A stretch of 64,000 nucleotides of DNA, taken from IMG/VR virus record IMGVR_UViG_3300042305_001561, positions 895 through 64,894 of that record, one strand, 5' to 3'. Of the stretch, positions 29,820-39,016 are shown one piece after another; positions within the stretch are counted from its first letter, which is position 1; every line of letters begins with the position of its first letter. Below the pieces are notes generated by a model. It did no database searches and had not been told where the DNA came from. It was given only the letters and a program-made list of their open reading frames with translations. Origin of the DNA: a virus. Its lineage: Duplodnaviria > Caudoviricetes. Made by a program: the position numbers and the translations under genes.

Positions 29820-30290
29820 TTATACTTCCATTAGTTCTTTGATTTGCTTTTCGTTATATCCGTATTTGCCAACAATGCCAACAATATCGGCCTTTGTCAA
29901 GATGGATATATACTCAAGCACATTTCTTTCGCTGTCTTGAAAATGATTGGATAGCAGAGTGAGTAAAGCAGGATTATACTTCTCACTCTTGCTCTTGATA
30001 TATGGATAAAATGCCCTACGCTTTGGCACAAAAGCAATCAGCACCTTGTAAAACTCTTTAGGAGATAATACGCCGCTATATTTCTGTACGTGATTCAATG
30101 TATCAATAAGTTCAGGTTGCATACTTAGAAAACGGCACACCATAAAGTTGGACCAACTCTTTTTGTCTGCGTCGGTAAGTTTGTCAAAATAATCAATGTC
30201 CTGCTTTTCGCGGACATGATTGATATGATCAAACAATCCCTTGGGCTTTGTTATGACAGCACCAGTTTCTGTTGCTTTTTTTCTTGGCAT
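29820..30290 (-). CDS. clamp loader small subunit (T4 gp62-like)
   Basis: LFDHIN..., FMVCRFLSM, YPYIK; gp44/gp45-like genes in the same window. Confidence 0.65.
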   Translation of the reverse strand: MPRKKATETGAVITKPKGLFDHINHVREKQDIDYFDKLTDADKKSWSNFMVCRFLSMQPELIDTLNHVQKYSGVLSPKEFYKVLIAFVPKRRAFYPYIKSKSEKYNPALLTLLSNHFQDSERNVLEYISILTKADIVGIVGKYGYNEKQIKELMEV

Positions 30291-30291
30291 T

Positions 30292-30501
30292 TTACGATTT
30301 GGTCCAGACACGCTTATCGTATTGTACAAAGGTTGTCAATCCAAAGCCGTTCTTGGCATTGGACCATACACCAGCATCATTTTTTGACGATGTTATCTTT
30401 GTGAATACAGCAGAAGTTGATTCTACAGGCTTAGTCAAGTAAAACTTGCTGCCAATAGCCAACTTGCCAAACTCAATCTGCTTTGTTGTTTCGTCGCTCA
30501 T
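30292..30501 (-). CDS. hypothetical protein
   Basis: ORF in operon. Confidence 0.55.
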   Translation of the reverse strand: MSDETTKQIEFGKLAIGSKFYLTKPVESTSAVFTKITSSKNDAGVWSNAKNGFGLTTFVQYDKRVWTKS

Positions 30502-30817
30502 TTTTGTTTTCCTCTTTTGGTAGTTCAACAGATTCTTTGTCTTTGGATAAAAGACGCTGAACGTGCTGCTCTAATCTATGAAATCGTGATTGATATTCCG
30601 TATGTTTGCCCGATAGTTTATCTACCTTACTGGTTTGACGCTTTAGATTGTCAAATATTATTCTTAGTGTTTCTGTGATGGCGTTGCCATTTTCAACTAT
30701 AGTAGTTTTATTTGTCTTATCCATCTTCTTTATCATAAGATAAAACTTATAACAAGAATACGCCAGACACAACTCAATAATGAATATCGCAACCAGAAGT
30801 ATATAAAAATAAGTCAT
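30473..30817 (-). CDS. membrane-anchored coiled-coil protein
   Basis: N-terminal TM helix. Confidence 0.55.
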   Translation of the reverse strand: MTYFYILLVAIFIIELCLAYSCYKFYLMIKKMDKTNKTTIVENGNAITETLRIIFDNLKRQTSKVDKLSGKHTEYQSRFHRLEQHVQRLLSKDKESVELPKEENKNERRNNKAD

Positions 30818-30858
30818 AAATAAATACCCCGATAATATAGATCAGGGTATTGTTGTTG

Positions 30859-31518
30859 TCAAGATGCTATTTCTTGCCTTACTTCAGTAACATTATCCAA
30901 GAAATGTATCCAACTTGGATGATGTGCGATTTGTATGGTTGAACTTACTGGCACAGCCCTTGGTGCCTTTGGCTTGCGAATAAGTTTTAGACCAGCCTGT
31001 TCTGGCGTTTTATCACCTTTCTTGCTGTTGATTTCTTTATGACACCATACCATATTCTCAAACGTATTCTTGCCGCCCTTGGTACGAGGAATAACGTGGT
31101 CAATGTTGCCATCTTTCCAAGAAATCTGACGACCCGTATATTGACATACTCCACCATCACGTTTACGAATGCTTTCTTTGGTCGGACGAGGAGTAACTAC
31201 AGGCATCTTGCTATAGTTTGGCTGTATGATTACTCGCGGAGCCCGAATAGTCATATTAGAAGTATGTATAGCCAAATCATAATCTCTTATAGGCAGATTC
31301 TTCCAAGTTTCCCAATCAACCGGCTGTACATATTCTGGATTATCCCAATCTACGCTGCCATTTTCATCCACACGAAAGTTCATATCTATGGCAAGAGCAG
31401 GCGGATTGTTGCCATCAACCCCACCCAGCATAGAAATAAGAGCCTCCTTGACAGTCTTTGTATTCAAAGCCTGCCATAAGTTATTTAGGCACAATACTGG
31501 TTGAGAGATAACATTCAT
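30859..31518 (-). CDS. HNH endonuclease
   Basis: RDGGVCQYTG, IDHVIP, N..KGDKTP. Confidence 0.85.
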   Translation of the reverse strand: MNVISQPVLCLNNLWQALNTKTVKEALISMLGGVDGNNPPALAIDMNFRVDENGSVDWDNPEYVQPVDWETWKNLPIRDYDLAIHTSNMTIRAPRVIIQPNYSKMPVVTPRPTKESIRKRDGGVCQYTGRQISWKDGNIDHVIPRTKGGKNTFENMVWCHKEINSKKGDKTPEQAGLKLIRKPKAPRAVPVSSTIQIAHHPSWIHFLDNVTEVRQEIAS

Positions 31519-31570
31519 AATATATCCTTTCAGATATAACTATGACTACAATAATATAAAAAGTCAAGTG

Positions 31571-31774
31571 TTATTTCTTGGCAGGTATAACTTTTTCAAT
31601 CCTGAAGTATGGGTCAAAGTCAATCTCCATATCATCATCAAATAATACAACGGTTCTATTAACCTTTTGTATTACGGCGGTTACTTTCATTTTTTTACCT
31701 GTTGAAGATATTACAACATCTCCAACTTCAAGACGCTTGGCGATTTTGTCTGTATGTGCTGTTTTTGTCATCAT
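31571..31774 (-). CDS. hypothetical protein
   Basis: ORF in operon. Confidence 0.5.
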   Translation of the reverse strand: MMTKTAHTDKIAKRLEVGDVVISSTGKKMKVTAVIQKVNRTVVLFDDDMEIDFDPYFRIEKVIPAKK

Positions 31775-31783
31775 AAATAAATA

Positions 31784-31975
31784 TTAGTATTTTGTAGCAA
31801 GATGCCAATATCCGCAATAACTACATTTGTATGGTATTCTATCACTACGATACTCTGTCAGTATTCTTTTAGCATCACGAATAGCATCGTTGCGAGATTC
31901 ATAGTTTGTTTTAGTTTCGCAGGAAAGTTTGTGATGATCATTTAAGAACTTGGTATAAGATTTTCTTGTAGTCAT
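31784..31975 (-). CDS. small zinc-finger protein
   Basis: C..K..Y...YKCSYCGYWHL. Confidence 0.6.
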   Translation of the reverse strand: MTTRKSYTKFLNDHHKLSCETKTNYESRNDAIRDAKRILTEYRSDRIPYKCSYCGYWHLATKY

Positions 31976-33053
31976 CTGCTGTTATTGGCTTACCGTCAAG
32001 CACTTTGAATACAATCGCAGATCTGCCTGTGCTGCCATGTGCTTGTAATATTTCTGCGGCAGCAAACTTGCGTGGCATTTTAGAACGAGCGGCGGCAAAA
32101 GCAAACAGTGCGTTCATTATGGTATGAACTTCTTTCATCGCATCGCATATGCGTGAAATATGCCCGATTGCCATATTTGCTATTTCGTAGTCAAACTTAT
32201 GCGTAAGATAATCAAAGAACTCAGTATAGCCAGTAGGTTCGTGAGATAGTGTATGACGGTCCATAAACCAATCAATATATACATCAATTACCTTTTCTAT
32301 GCTTGAGATTTCACTCTTGGCGCGATGCAGATACAAGTATTGAGCACTCTTGATCTTTAGAATATCCTGTTCGTCGTTGTAATACAGGCATATGCCCTCA
32401 AAGTCCCGCATATCAACCACTGCCTTCTGTAATTCGTCGATGGAGTTATAATTATAAAACTTTGGGCGGCGAAAGTTATAGTTTCTGGCAATATGGTTTA
32501 GTGAGTGCTGGTCTACAAGCGAATAGTCATCGTGTACAATTGCGGCAATAAGAACCATATCGGGCTCTTTGCCATAATCTAATACAATACGATTGGTAGG
32601 AGATAGCCACTCAAAGATATAAGAATGCTGAGTGGTGTCTTGCTTTTCAAGATATGATATAAACTTGGCATACTTATTTAGCAATACATCTATTTCGTGT
32701 GCGTTTTCTTGCCTACGAGCATCTGTCGTTCCTCTTGTACGAATAACAGTATGCCCCTTATATCTTGAGAATATAAGCGTAGAACCGTCCAACTTCTCAA
32801 TCATTCTTGAACCAACGAGAGAAGACGGTGTGGGTGATATGTCAGGCTTTTCACCAAGGTTAAAAAACTTCTTGAAACTCAGTGAAACAGGATTTCCTTC
32901 CTTATCCCACAGTGAAGATCTAAAGATAAGATTCTGCTTGTTCCAAGTCGCTCCGATATGAATAGGTTGAATCAAATAGCACTCGTGCTCACCAACGAGA
33001 TGCTGGTGAACCATAAAAGAGTTTCTATCTATAGACTGTATGTCTATTTTCAT
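31938..33053 (-). CDS. RNA ligase (T4 Rnl1-like)
   Basis: KFFNLGE, EKLDGS, FEW...NRIVLDY, FEG, KIKS. Confidence 0.8.
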   Translation of the reverse strand: MKIDIQSIDRNSFMVHQHLVGEHECYLIQPIHIGATWNKQNLIFRSSLWDKEGNPVSLSFKKFFNLGEKPDISPTPSSLVGSRMIEKLDGSTLIFSRYKGHTVIRTRGTTDARRQENAHEIDVLLNKYAKFISYLEKQDTTQHSYIFEWLSPTNRIVLDYGKEPDMVLIAAIVHDDYSLVDQHSLNHIARNYNFRRPKFYNYNSIDELQKAVVDMRDFEGICLYYNDEQDILKIKSAQYLYLHRAKSEISSIEKVIDVYIDWFMDRHTLSHEPTGYTEFFDYLTHKFDYEIANMAIGHISRICDAMKEVHTIMNALFAFAAARSKMPRKFAAAEILQAHGSTGRSAIVFKVLDGKPITADDYKKILYQVLK

Positions 33054-33087
33054 AGAACAAGCATACTATGGATATACTAAGTGTCAA

Positions 33088-33121
33088 TAAAAAATCCCCC
33101 AAAATAACTTGGGGGATTTTG
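33088..33121 (-). terminator. rho-independent terminator
   Basis: AAAATCCCCCAA...TTGGGGGATTTT hairpin with T tract. Confidence 0.6.
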
Positions 33122-33142
33122 ATATATCAATATTCTACAATA

Positions 33143-33358
33143 TTACTTGGTAAGAATACGGCGCAAAGCAGCAACTGCTCTACCATCAAGGCGAACCTTG
33201 TTCATCTTCTTGGTGACGGGATTGATACCAGTCACACTAAGATGCATAATCTCATCCTTTACACCCTTTACAGGGCGAGTAAAAGAAAGAGAATACTTTC
33301 CGTTCTTGACGAATGTATTGATTTTGCGGCCATTCTTTGTCTTGGTTGTCTTAGTCAT
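33143..33358 (-). CDS. small basic protein
   Basis: ORF with its own TTGACA promoter and terminator. Confidence 0.6.
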   Translation of the reverse strand: MTKTTKTKNGRKINTFVKNGKYSLSFTRPVKGVKDEIMHLSVTGINPVTKKMNKVRLDGRAVAALRRILTK

Positions 33359-33419
33359 ATGCGTATATTTTTTGTGTTTTATTATTCTTATATTGAATAA
33401 GATAAATACAGTATGTAGA

Positions 33420-34370
33420 TTACTCGCAGATTGTCAATAAACTTTCGCGTGAAATCTTATTTATAGCAAGTTCTTTCATCTTGAACTCGAAGTCAAGATG
33501 TAGATTGCCTTTGTAGTTAGCATAAATAGACGGCATCATAGTAGGAAAGTCGGCGTGAGCACGCGGATTTTTGCCAGGCAATGACTCGCTGAAATGAAAC
33601 AACGGAATAACTCCAGTTGGCCAAGTTGATAGTGCTGTATCAAACGCAAACTCTTCGCTGGTTGAGTCTGAATTACACATATGGTGCAGATTATCAAATG
33701 TAATTGGAATACCCAGTCGCTTGTATGTGTTTTCATATAATGCCATTACACTCCAACTCTTTAGTTTGTCTTCGTTCTCCAACACTAAACGACTACGCAC
33801 ACCGTCGCTCATATTATGATATACTTTCTGGAATCTATCTGTTGTTTCGGCATAGTTACCATTGTTATAACAGTTCATATGAATATTAATCGGTGCTTCG
33901 TATGAACGAGGTAAATTAAGCATATCCATAATCATGGCGTGTTGATCCAAGTCTCGTATAGAGTTTTCAACAACTTTTGGATTTGGACTGGCAGGTACAA
34001 CAAACTGGTCAGGATGCATGCTACAACGAATGTTATTGTCCTGTATGATCTTAGCGGCTGCTCTGAATTCCGAGTATATTTCTTCGGCGTTATAAAAATC
34101 ATCCACAGTAAACTCCAGATCTGGGTGCGTCATCAATGGAAAAACATTACTACCAATGCGGTAATTCCAGTTATTAACCTCACACTCTCCAAGAATAGCA
34201 CGAATAGTCTTAATATTATTCAATGAACGATCAGCAAGCACTTTCATAGCAACCTTGCTACCCAACTTCTTATATTGGGCATATGTCATTACATTGAACT
34301 TGATTTTATGCTCTTGTAGTCCTGTATGGATACAGCATAGCGATGGAGTAATATTAGATGGTAAAATCAT
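33420..34370 (-). CDS. uvsE: UV-damage endonuclease
   Basis: SMHPDQF, INIH, LENED, FDNLHH, HFSES, AHAD, EFKMKE. Confidence 0.9.
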   Translation of the reverse strand: MILPSNITPSLCCIHTGLQEHKIKFNVMTYAQYKKLGSKVAMKVLADRSLNNIKTIRAILGECEVNNWNYRIGSNVFPLMTHPDLEFTVDDFYNAEEIYSEFRAAAKIIQDNNIRCSMHPDQFVVPASPNPKVVENSIRDLDQHAMIMDMLNLPRSYEAPINIHMNCYNNGNYAETTDRFQKVYHNMSDGVRSRLVLENEDKLKSWSVMALYENTYKRLGIPITFDNLHHMCNSDSTSEEFAFDTALSTWPTGVIPLFHFSESLPGKNPRAHADFPTMMPSIYANYKGNLHLDFEFKMKELAINKISRESLLTICE

Positions 34371-34410
34371 AGCATACATATTATACGGTAAAATGCTGTT
34401 GTCAAATCAA

Positions 34411-34440
34411 TAAAAAAGAGCCTCGTGTGAGGCTCTTGAT
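34411..34440 (-). terminator. rho-independent terminator
   Basis: AAGAGCCTC/GAGGCTCTT hairpin with T tract. Confidence 0.65.
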
Positions 34441-34463
34441 TATAACCAGTTTATGATATGTTA

Positions 34464-35180
34464 TTAAAACTTGACGGTAACAAATCCACCAAGCCAACTA
34501 TTGTTGGTTGTGACAGAGTTGTTGAGGTAGTTATGGCGATAGCCAGCACCAACAACAACATTCTTGGCTTCATACACCAAGTCCAGTTTACCAGTTAGGT
34601 AATAATACGAATCCTTGACTGGGCCACCACGGCGCTCTGGTAGAGCATCCTTGGCACCAACCCATCCAAGAGTAGCAGCAGGAACCAGCTTGAATCCCTT
34701 GGCGAGCAGGAAGAGGTTGATTGGCTGGCTGAGAGAGCCTTCAGCAAACACCTGACGCAGATTCAGGTCATATCCTGCTGCTACGGTTGGGCTCAAAAAA
34801 GCATCGTAAGCCAGAGATCCGAACACTTCAACACTATAATTTGTTTCGCCCTTTGCTGGTGCAGCCTTGGGGTAAAAATATCCCACGCCACCAACCTTGA
34901 GTGTAGTTGCCTTGTCAATAGTATATCCTTGAGTCAAGGCCACATCAAGTTCACGAACGGTTGTATTTAGATTATCAAAATCCCATAGACCGACGACACT
35001 CAAGCTGGTCTTAGATGGTAGATTGACGGTGACTTCGGAAGTACCTACATTGGTTCCTCCAGCTACACCACGAAATACATAGTCACTCTCAAATCCAGCA
35101 GTAGCCGATACTGTCTGGGAGAAAGAAACTGATGTGATCGCAATCAATCCTACGATTAGTTTAGTAATATATTTCTTCAT
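34464..35180 (-). CDS. outer-membrane beta-barrel (TorF/Gcw_chp-like)
   Basis: Signal peptide, SDYVFRG, ELD, alternating strands, C-terminal Phe. Confidence 0.7.
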   Translation of the reverse strand: MKKYITKLIVGLIAITSVSFSQTVSATAGFESDYVFRGVAGGTNVGTSEVTVNLPSKTSLSVVGLWDFDNLNTTVRELDVALTQGYTIDKATTLKVGGVGYFYPKAAPAKGETNYSVEVFGSLAYDAFLSPTVAAGYDLNLRQVFAEGSLSQPINLFLLAKGFKLVPAATLGWVGAKDALPERRGGPVKDSYYYLTGKLDLVYEAKNVVVGAGYRHNYLNNSVTTNNSWLGGFVTVKF

Positions 35181-35270
35181 ATTTATTTTATATTTAGTTA
35201 TTATTCTTCACGGTTTTCGCAAAGTACCGATAACTATATGATATAAAATCTTTTATGTCAATATATAAAA

Positions 35271-35651
35271 TGGTGGACGTGAGGGGAGTTGAACCCCTGT
35301 GCTGTATAATATAACTACAACCATATACATGCTTATCTCTTATAATCCGACTAAGTTTGGTAGAGCACCACTTAGAAGTTGAGGACTCGTGTTTCTCGCT
35401 GTTGTTACGACCCTCGTCCTTACAACAGCAAGCAGATGGTCGAGCGTTTTATTCTATATATCTGCGTCAATAGATAAAACGGGTAGCAACTTAGGCTACA
35501 GCAACTTCGCTCTTACGGCTTACGCTTAGGAACGATGTCTTAGCAAGATTTCTCTTAGCATTTATTTTTTCCAACGGGTATTATACAGAGGCATTAGACT
35601 CTGTGCATGCGGACTGCATCTACACTATATAGTAGAATCCAGAACACGCCC
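35271..35651 (-). ncRNA. ssrA: tmRNA
   Basis: 5' GGGCGUG-UUCUGGAUUC; 3' GGGGUUCAACUCCCC-UCACGUCC-ACCA; G3.U wobble; tag ORF 35559-35491 AKRNLAKTSFLSVSRKSEVAVA*. Confidence 0.92.
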
Positions 35652-35662
35652 ATAATAAAGAT

Positions 35663-35844
35663 AGAAAACGTGTAGGGGCTAGGTGTTTGGGCACCGGCAC
35701 CGGAAATACATTCGGGTATTTCATCCTATCCCAACAACTTCGGCTATTTAGACAAGAATAAAACTTGATGCCTACTATGATGTTATGTGAGAATAGTCGC
35801 AAGTTTTACAAACAACGACTCTTTTAACTACCCTACACGCTTCT
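35663..35844 (-). ncRNA. unassigned structured RNA A (~180 nt)
   Basis: Closing stem CGUGUAGGG/CCCUACACG, several internal helices with minus-strand G.U pairs; between promoter/boxA and tmRNA. Confidence 0.6.
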
Positions 35845-35852
35845 AAAAGTGA

Positions 35853-35899
35853 TTCAAAGAACGACAACTATAATTATCTAGATATATCGTCTTGTCAAT
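35853..35899 (-). promoter_or_regulatory. sigma70-like promoter plus boxA-like GTTCTTTGA
   Basis: TTGACA...GATAAT/TATAGT then GTCGTTCTTTGAATC. Confidence 0.6.
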
Positions 35900-35977
35900 A
35901 CTTTTTATTTGAGGAAATTTTTATAAAAATTATATTCTGGTTGACATATACAATACTTAGAATAATATTTTATTTTT

Positions 35978-36331
35978 ATGTATAAACTATTTCTTGATGA
36001 TGTAAGAGAACCGGAGCAAGTGACTTGGGTAAAACTACCAGATGGTCCTTGGGAAATTGTGCGTAATTATGATCAATTCGTTGAGCATATCTCAAAGAAT
36101 GGCATTCCATCGTTTGTTGCCTTTGATCACGACCTCGCAGAAGAGCATTATGGTGCTAACCCAAGAAGTGAATTCAAAGAGAGAACGGGATATCATTGTG
36201 CTAAATGGCTGATTGAAAAGTGTATGGATGAAGACACGAACTTTCCGCACTATGTTGTGCATAGCATGAACCCAGTAGGAAAGATGAATATCACCAGCTT
36301 GGTCGAAAACTTCAAGAGCACCATCAAGTGA
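35978..36331 (+). CDS. cyclic-phosphate-processing receiver-domain protein
   Basis: LFLDDVR, AFDHDL, TGY, HSMN. Confidence 0.7.
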   Translation: MYKLFLDDVREPEQVTWVKLPDGPWEIVRNYDQFVEHISKNGIPSFVAFDHDLAEEHYGANPRSEFKERTGYHCAKWLIEKCMDEDTNFPHYVVHSMNPVGKMNITSLVENFKSTIK

Positions 36332-36993
36332 AGAAGTTATCATTCAAGAGTTCTGAACAAAAGATATGGTTTGTGTCCGACTTGCACGTTGGACACAACA
36401 AGCCATTTATATTAAATCCTCGCTTTTACAACAATGTAAATGAGGCAGTTCAGCATACTTTTGATATGATGTATAGTCATATTGGTCCAGATGATATACT
36501 ATTCAATCTTGGCGATATGGTATGCGGTGCTGGAGCAAACTCGGAAGAATATGCGAAGCGAGTAATAACCATACCTTGTAAACAACATTACTATATTTGG
36601 GGCAATCATAGTGCTGGTATCAAGGGACTATATGACAAAGTAAGAAATGATATTGGTTTGCTTGCAGATGATATTGATATGTATCCTCTTCCATATCCAA
36701 ATAGTCCATTTATTTTTCTTGGTCATTATGCGGAAGTGTTTATTGATAGCACGCCAGTTGTATTGACTCATTATCCTATTGCTTCGTGGAATCATATGGG
36801 GGATGGTGGGTATAATATCCACGGTCATTGTCATAGAAGCATGAAAGAGGATAATAGTCTTAAGCGTCTTGATGTAGGATGGGATTGGAAAAAGCGACCT
36901 GTTGAATGGAATGAGATTGTGCGAGAACTTAAATCAAACAAGTTTAGCCCAGTGGATCATCATGGTGCAGACACCAGTTCTTTTTTTGAATAA
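36328..36993 (+). CDS. calcineurin-like metallophosphoesterase
   Basis: SDLH, LGD, GNH, THYP, HGHCH. Confidence 0.85.
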   Translation: MKKLSFKSSEQKIWFVSDLHVGHNKPFILNPRFYNNVNEAVQHTFDMMYSHIGPDDILFNLGDMVCGAGANSEEYAKRVITIPCKQHYYIWGNHSAGIKGLYDKVRNDIGLLADDIDMYPLPYPNSPFIFLGHYAEVFIDSTPVVLTHYPIASWNHMGDGGYNIHGHCHRSMKEDNSLKRLDVGWDWKKRPVEWNEIVRELKSNKFSPVDHHGADTSSFFE

Positions 36994-36998
36994 AATTT

Positions 36999-37481
36999 AT
37001 GAAAAAACTAATACACAAAGATGGTAATCTGCTTACAGCAACGGACGTTGAAGTAATTGCTCATCAAGCCAACTGCCAAAACATATTTGGAGCAGGTATT
37101 GCCAAAAGCATAAAAGAAATGTATCCCAAGGCATATCACGCAGATACTATGGCATACAAGGATGGTAAGGCAGTGCTTGGAAGTTATAGTTTTTGTCATA
37201 TGGATGGAAATCCTTTCAAGAAGATTTTTAACCTTTATGGTCAAAACTTGTATGGCTCAAAAACCAGAATGACAAACTACAATGCGTTGTATGATGCTCT
37301 TGAAGGAATGAAAAACTATCTTGTAGAGAATGATGAAGATTTACCAGTTCCAAATATTGGATTTCCATATCTTATGGGATGTGGATTAGGTGGCGGAGAT
37401 TGGCGAATCGTGGAAAGGTTAATTGAAGTCGCCTTTCACAATTATGAAGGTGATATAATAATCTATAAATTTAAAGGATAA
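36999..37481 (+). CDS. macro domain protein
   Basis: GNL, HQANC..FGAGIA, NLYGQ, MGCGLGGGDW. Confidence 0.85.
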   Translation: MKKLIHKDGNLLTATDVEVIAHQANCQNIFGAGIAKSIKEMYPKAYHADTMAYKDGKAVLGSYSFCHMDGNPFKKIFNLYGQNLYGSKTRMTNYNALYDALEGMKNYLVENDEDLPVPNIGFPYLMGCGLGGGDWRIVERLIEVAFHNYEGDIIIYKFKG

Positions 37482-37482
37482 T

Positions 37483-37517
37483 AAAAAAGCCCCGAGAAAT
37501 CGGGGCTTTTGTTTTTT
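37483..37517. terminator. bidirectional terminator
   Basis: AAAAAAGCCCCGA-GAAA-TCGGGGCTTTTT between convergent genes. Confidence 0.8.
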
Positions 37518-37527
37518 ACTGGATAAG

Positions 37528-37863
37528 TTATGGCGTTGGCGTTGCCGTTGGCGTTGCCGTTGGCGTTGCCGTTGGCGTTGCCGTTGGTGTTGCCGTTGGT
37601 GCCGGTGTAGCGGATTGAGTCGGCGTCGGAGTAGGCGTTGCCGTTGGTGCTGGGGTTGCCGTTGGTGCTGGGGTTGCCGTTGGGGTTGGGGTTGGTCCCG
37701 TTCCGTCTTCTCCCCCAGCGCCTGCGCCAGGTGCAGCGTTTGCTTGTCTTGCCGCCATTTCTTCGTTGAAATCACGCACGATGCGAGCATATTGCTCCAT
37801 CAGCTTATTCAACGGCATTCTGTTTTTGTTTATTTGATAGTAGGTTTGCCAAGGTATTAACAT
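37528..37863 (-). CDS. Pro/Thr-repeat protein
   Basis: C-terminal (TATP)n and (TATPAP)n; TATTTAT upstream. Confidence 0.6.
   Translation of the reverse strand: MLIPWQTYYQINKNRMPLNKLMEQYARIVRDFNEEMAARQANAAPGAGAGGEDGTGPTPTPTATPAPTATPAPTATPTPTPTQSATPAPTATPTATPTATPTATPTATPTP
37531..37696. repeat. 12-bp and 18-bp coding tandem repeats
   Basis: (ggcgttgccgtt)n and (ggtgctggggttgccgtt)n. Confidence 0.85.
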
Positions 37864-37890
37864 AATATGTATAAATATATGAATATTGTA

Positions 37891-38745
37891 CTAAAACTTC
37901 ATGTTTCTGAAGCGTTTTGCTGCTTTTCCCTGAAACTTTCTTATGTCTGTTCCTGCGTTTGTTTTTAGGAACTCTATGATCTTTTTCAATACTTGCATAA
38001 GCATTTTGACATCTTCTTTGGCGTCGTGCCATCCATCAATCTTTACTCCAAGTGCTTGACCTAACTTACCAAGACTTGAGCTATAGCTTTTGTATTTTGT
38101 TTTAGCGAGCAAGCCGTCCAGAACTTGTTTGGCTTCTGGATTTGTTTCTAATGCTTGTAATGCTGGGATGAAGAAGAATCTGGATATATTCACTGTATCT
38201 AATACAGGATATGTCTTCATTGGCGGCAAGCCGTGTAGTTTTCTTCTCGCCGCAATAACTTTCATATCAAATGTGGCATTATGTGCTAATATCACAACAT
38301 TCTGATATCTATCCAAAAACTTCTCAAACTCAATCAGTGCTTCTTTTTCATCAAGCTTTTCTGCGTTTGGCACATCATAACCAGTCATCTTGAGTGCGTC
38401 TCTTGGATGAAGGTCTGGCTTACCATACTTCTTTTGTCTGCGTGCCATTTCTTTACCAAGATGTTTTGCTTCAGCACTATTTGGATCATTTAATGCGTTG
38501 TTTAGTGCAGGTCCAATATTTATCTTTTTGCTAAACTCGCCGATTTCATTGAATGTTGAACCATCATATACCATAGCAGCAATATGTGTTACTTGAATAT
38601 ATGATGTGTTTGGTTCTAAGCCAACGGTTTCTGTGTCAAACAATACTATTGTTTTACCGTCAAACTGCAAAAACTTTTCTAATACTTCACTTATATTGAA
38701 GGAATATAGCTTGGCTTCTTTTAGTATGTCTTTGAGTTTGATCAT
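37891..38745 (-). CDS. DEDDh 3'-5' exonuclease with MIKLKDILKE leader
   Basis: FDTETVG, AHNATFD, LDT, WHDAKED. Confidence 0.85.
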   Translation of the reverse strand: MIKLKDILKEAKLYSFNISEVLEKFLQFDGKTIVLFDTETVGLEPNTSYIQVTHIAAMVYDGSTFNEIGEFSKKINIGPALNNALNDPNSAEAKHLGKEMARRQKKYGKPDLHPRDALKMTGYDVPNAEKLDEKEALIEFEKFLDRYQNVVILAHNATFDMKVIAARRKLHGLPPMKTYPVLDTVNISRFFFIPALQALETNPEAKQVLDGLLAKTKYKSYSSSLGKLGQALGVKIDGWHDAKEDVKMLMQVLKKIIEFLKTNAGTDIRKFQGKAAKRFRNMKF

Positions 38746-38765
38746 ATCTATAAATATAAAGATAT

Positions 38766-38795
38766 AAAAAAAGAGGGTGGAGAAATCCACCCTCT
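38766..38795 (-). terminator. rho-independent terminator
   Basis: AGAGGG(G)TGGA/TCCACCCTCT hairpin with T tract. Confidence 0.7.
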
Positions 38796-38817
38796 ACTGG
38801 TTTTCTTTTTTATTGGC

Positions 38818-38889
38818 TTATTTTGAGTAATCTTGGTCGAAAATAATGACCAAGCCCAAAACTGCCCAACATACAACGGCTGCTACCAT
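38818..38889 (-). CDS. putative 23-aa hydrophobic peptide
   Basis: MVAAVVCWAVLGLVIIFDQDYSK; AGGAGA SD, upstream hairpin, downstream terminator. Confidence 0.45.
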   Translation of the reverse strand: MVAAVVCWAVLGLVIIFDQDYSK

Positions 38890-39016
38890 GATATGTTTCT
38901 CCTATCTTAGAGCCACAGACCCATAGGTTTGGTGGCTGTTATAACTGAGCATATAACTATATACCCGATGTTATAATAAATCGCTAAAATAGCAAGTATA
39001 TTTTACTTTTTATAAA

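Noticed and set aside
35663-35844. 6S RNA
   Set aside because: Length and closing stem fit, but the pairing is multibranched rather than a rod with a central bubble.
37531-37696. CRISPR array
   Set aside because: Contiguous 12/18-bp coding repeats without unique spacers; no cas operon.
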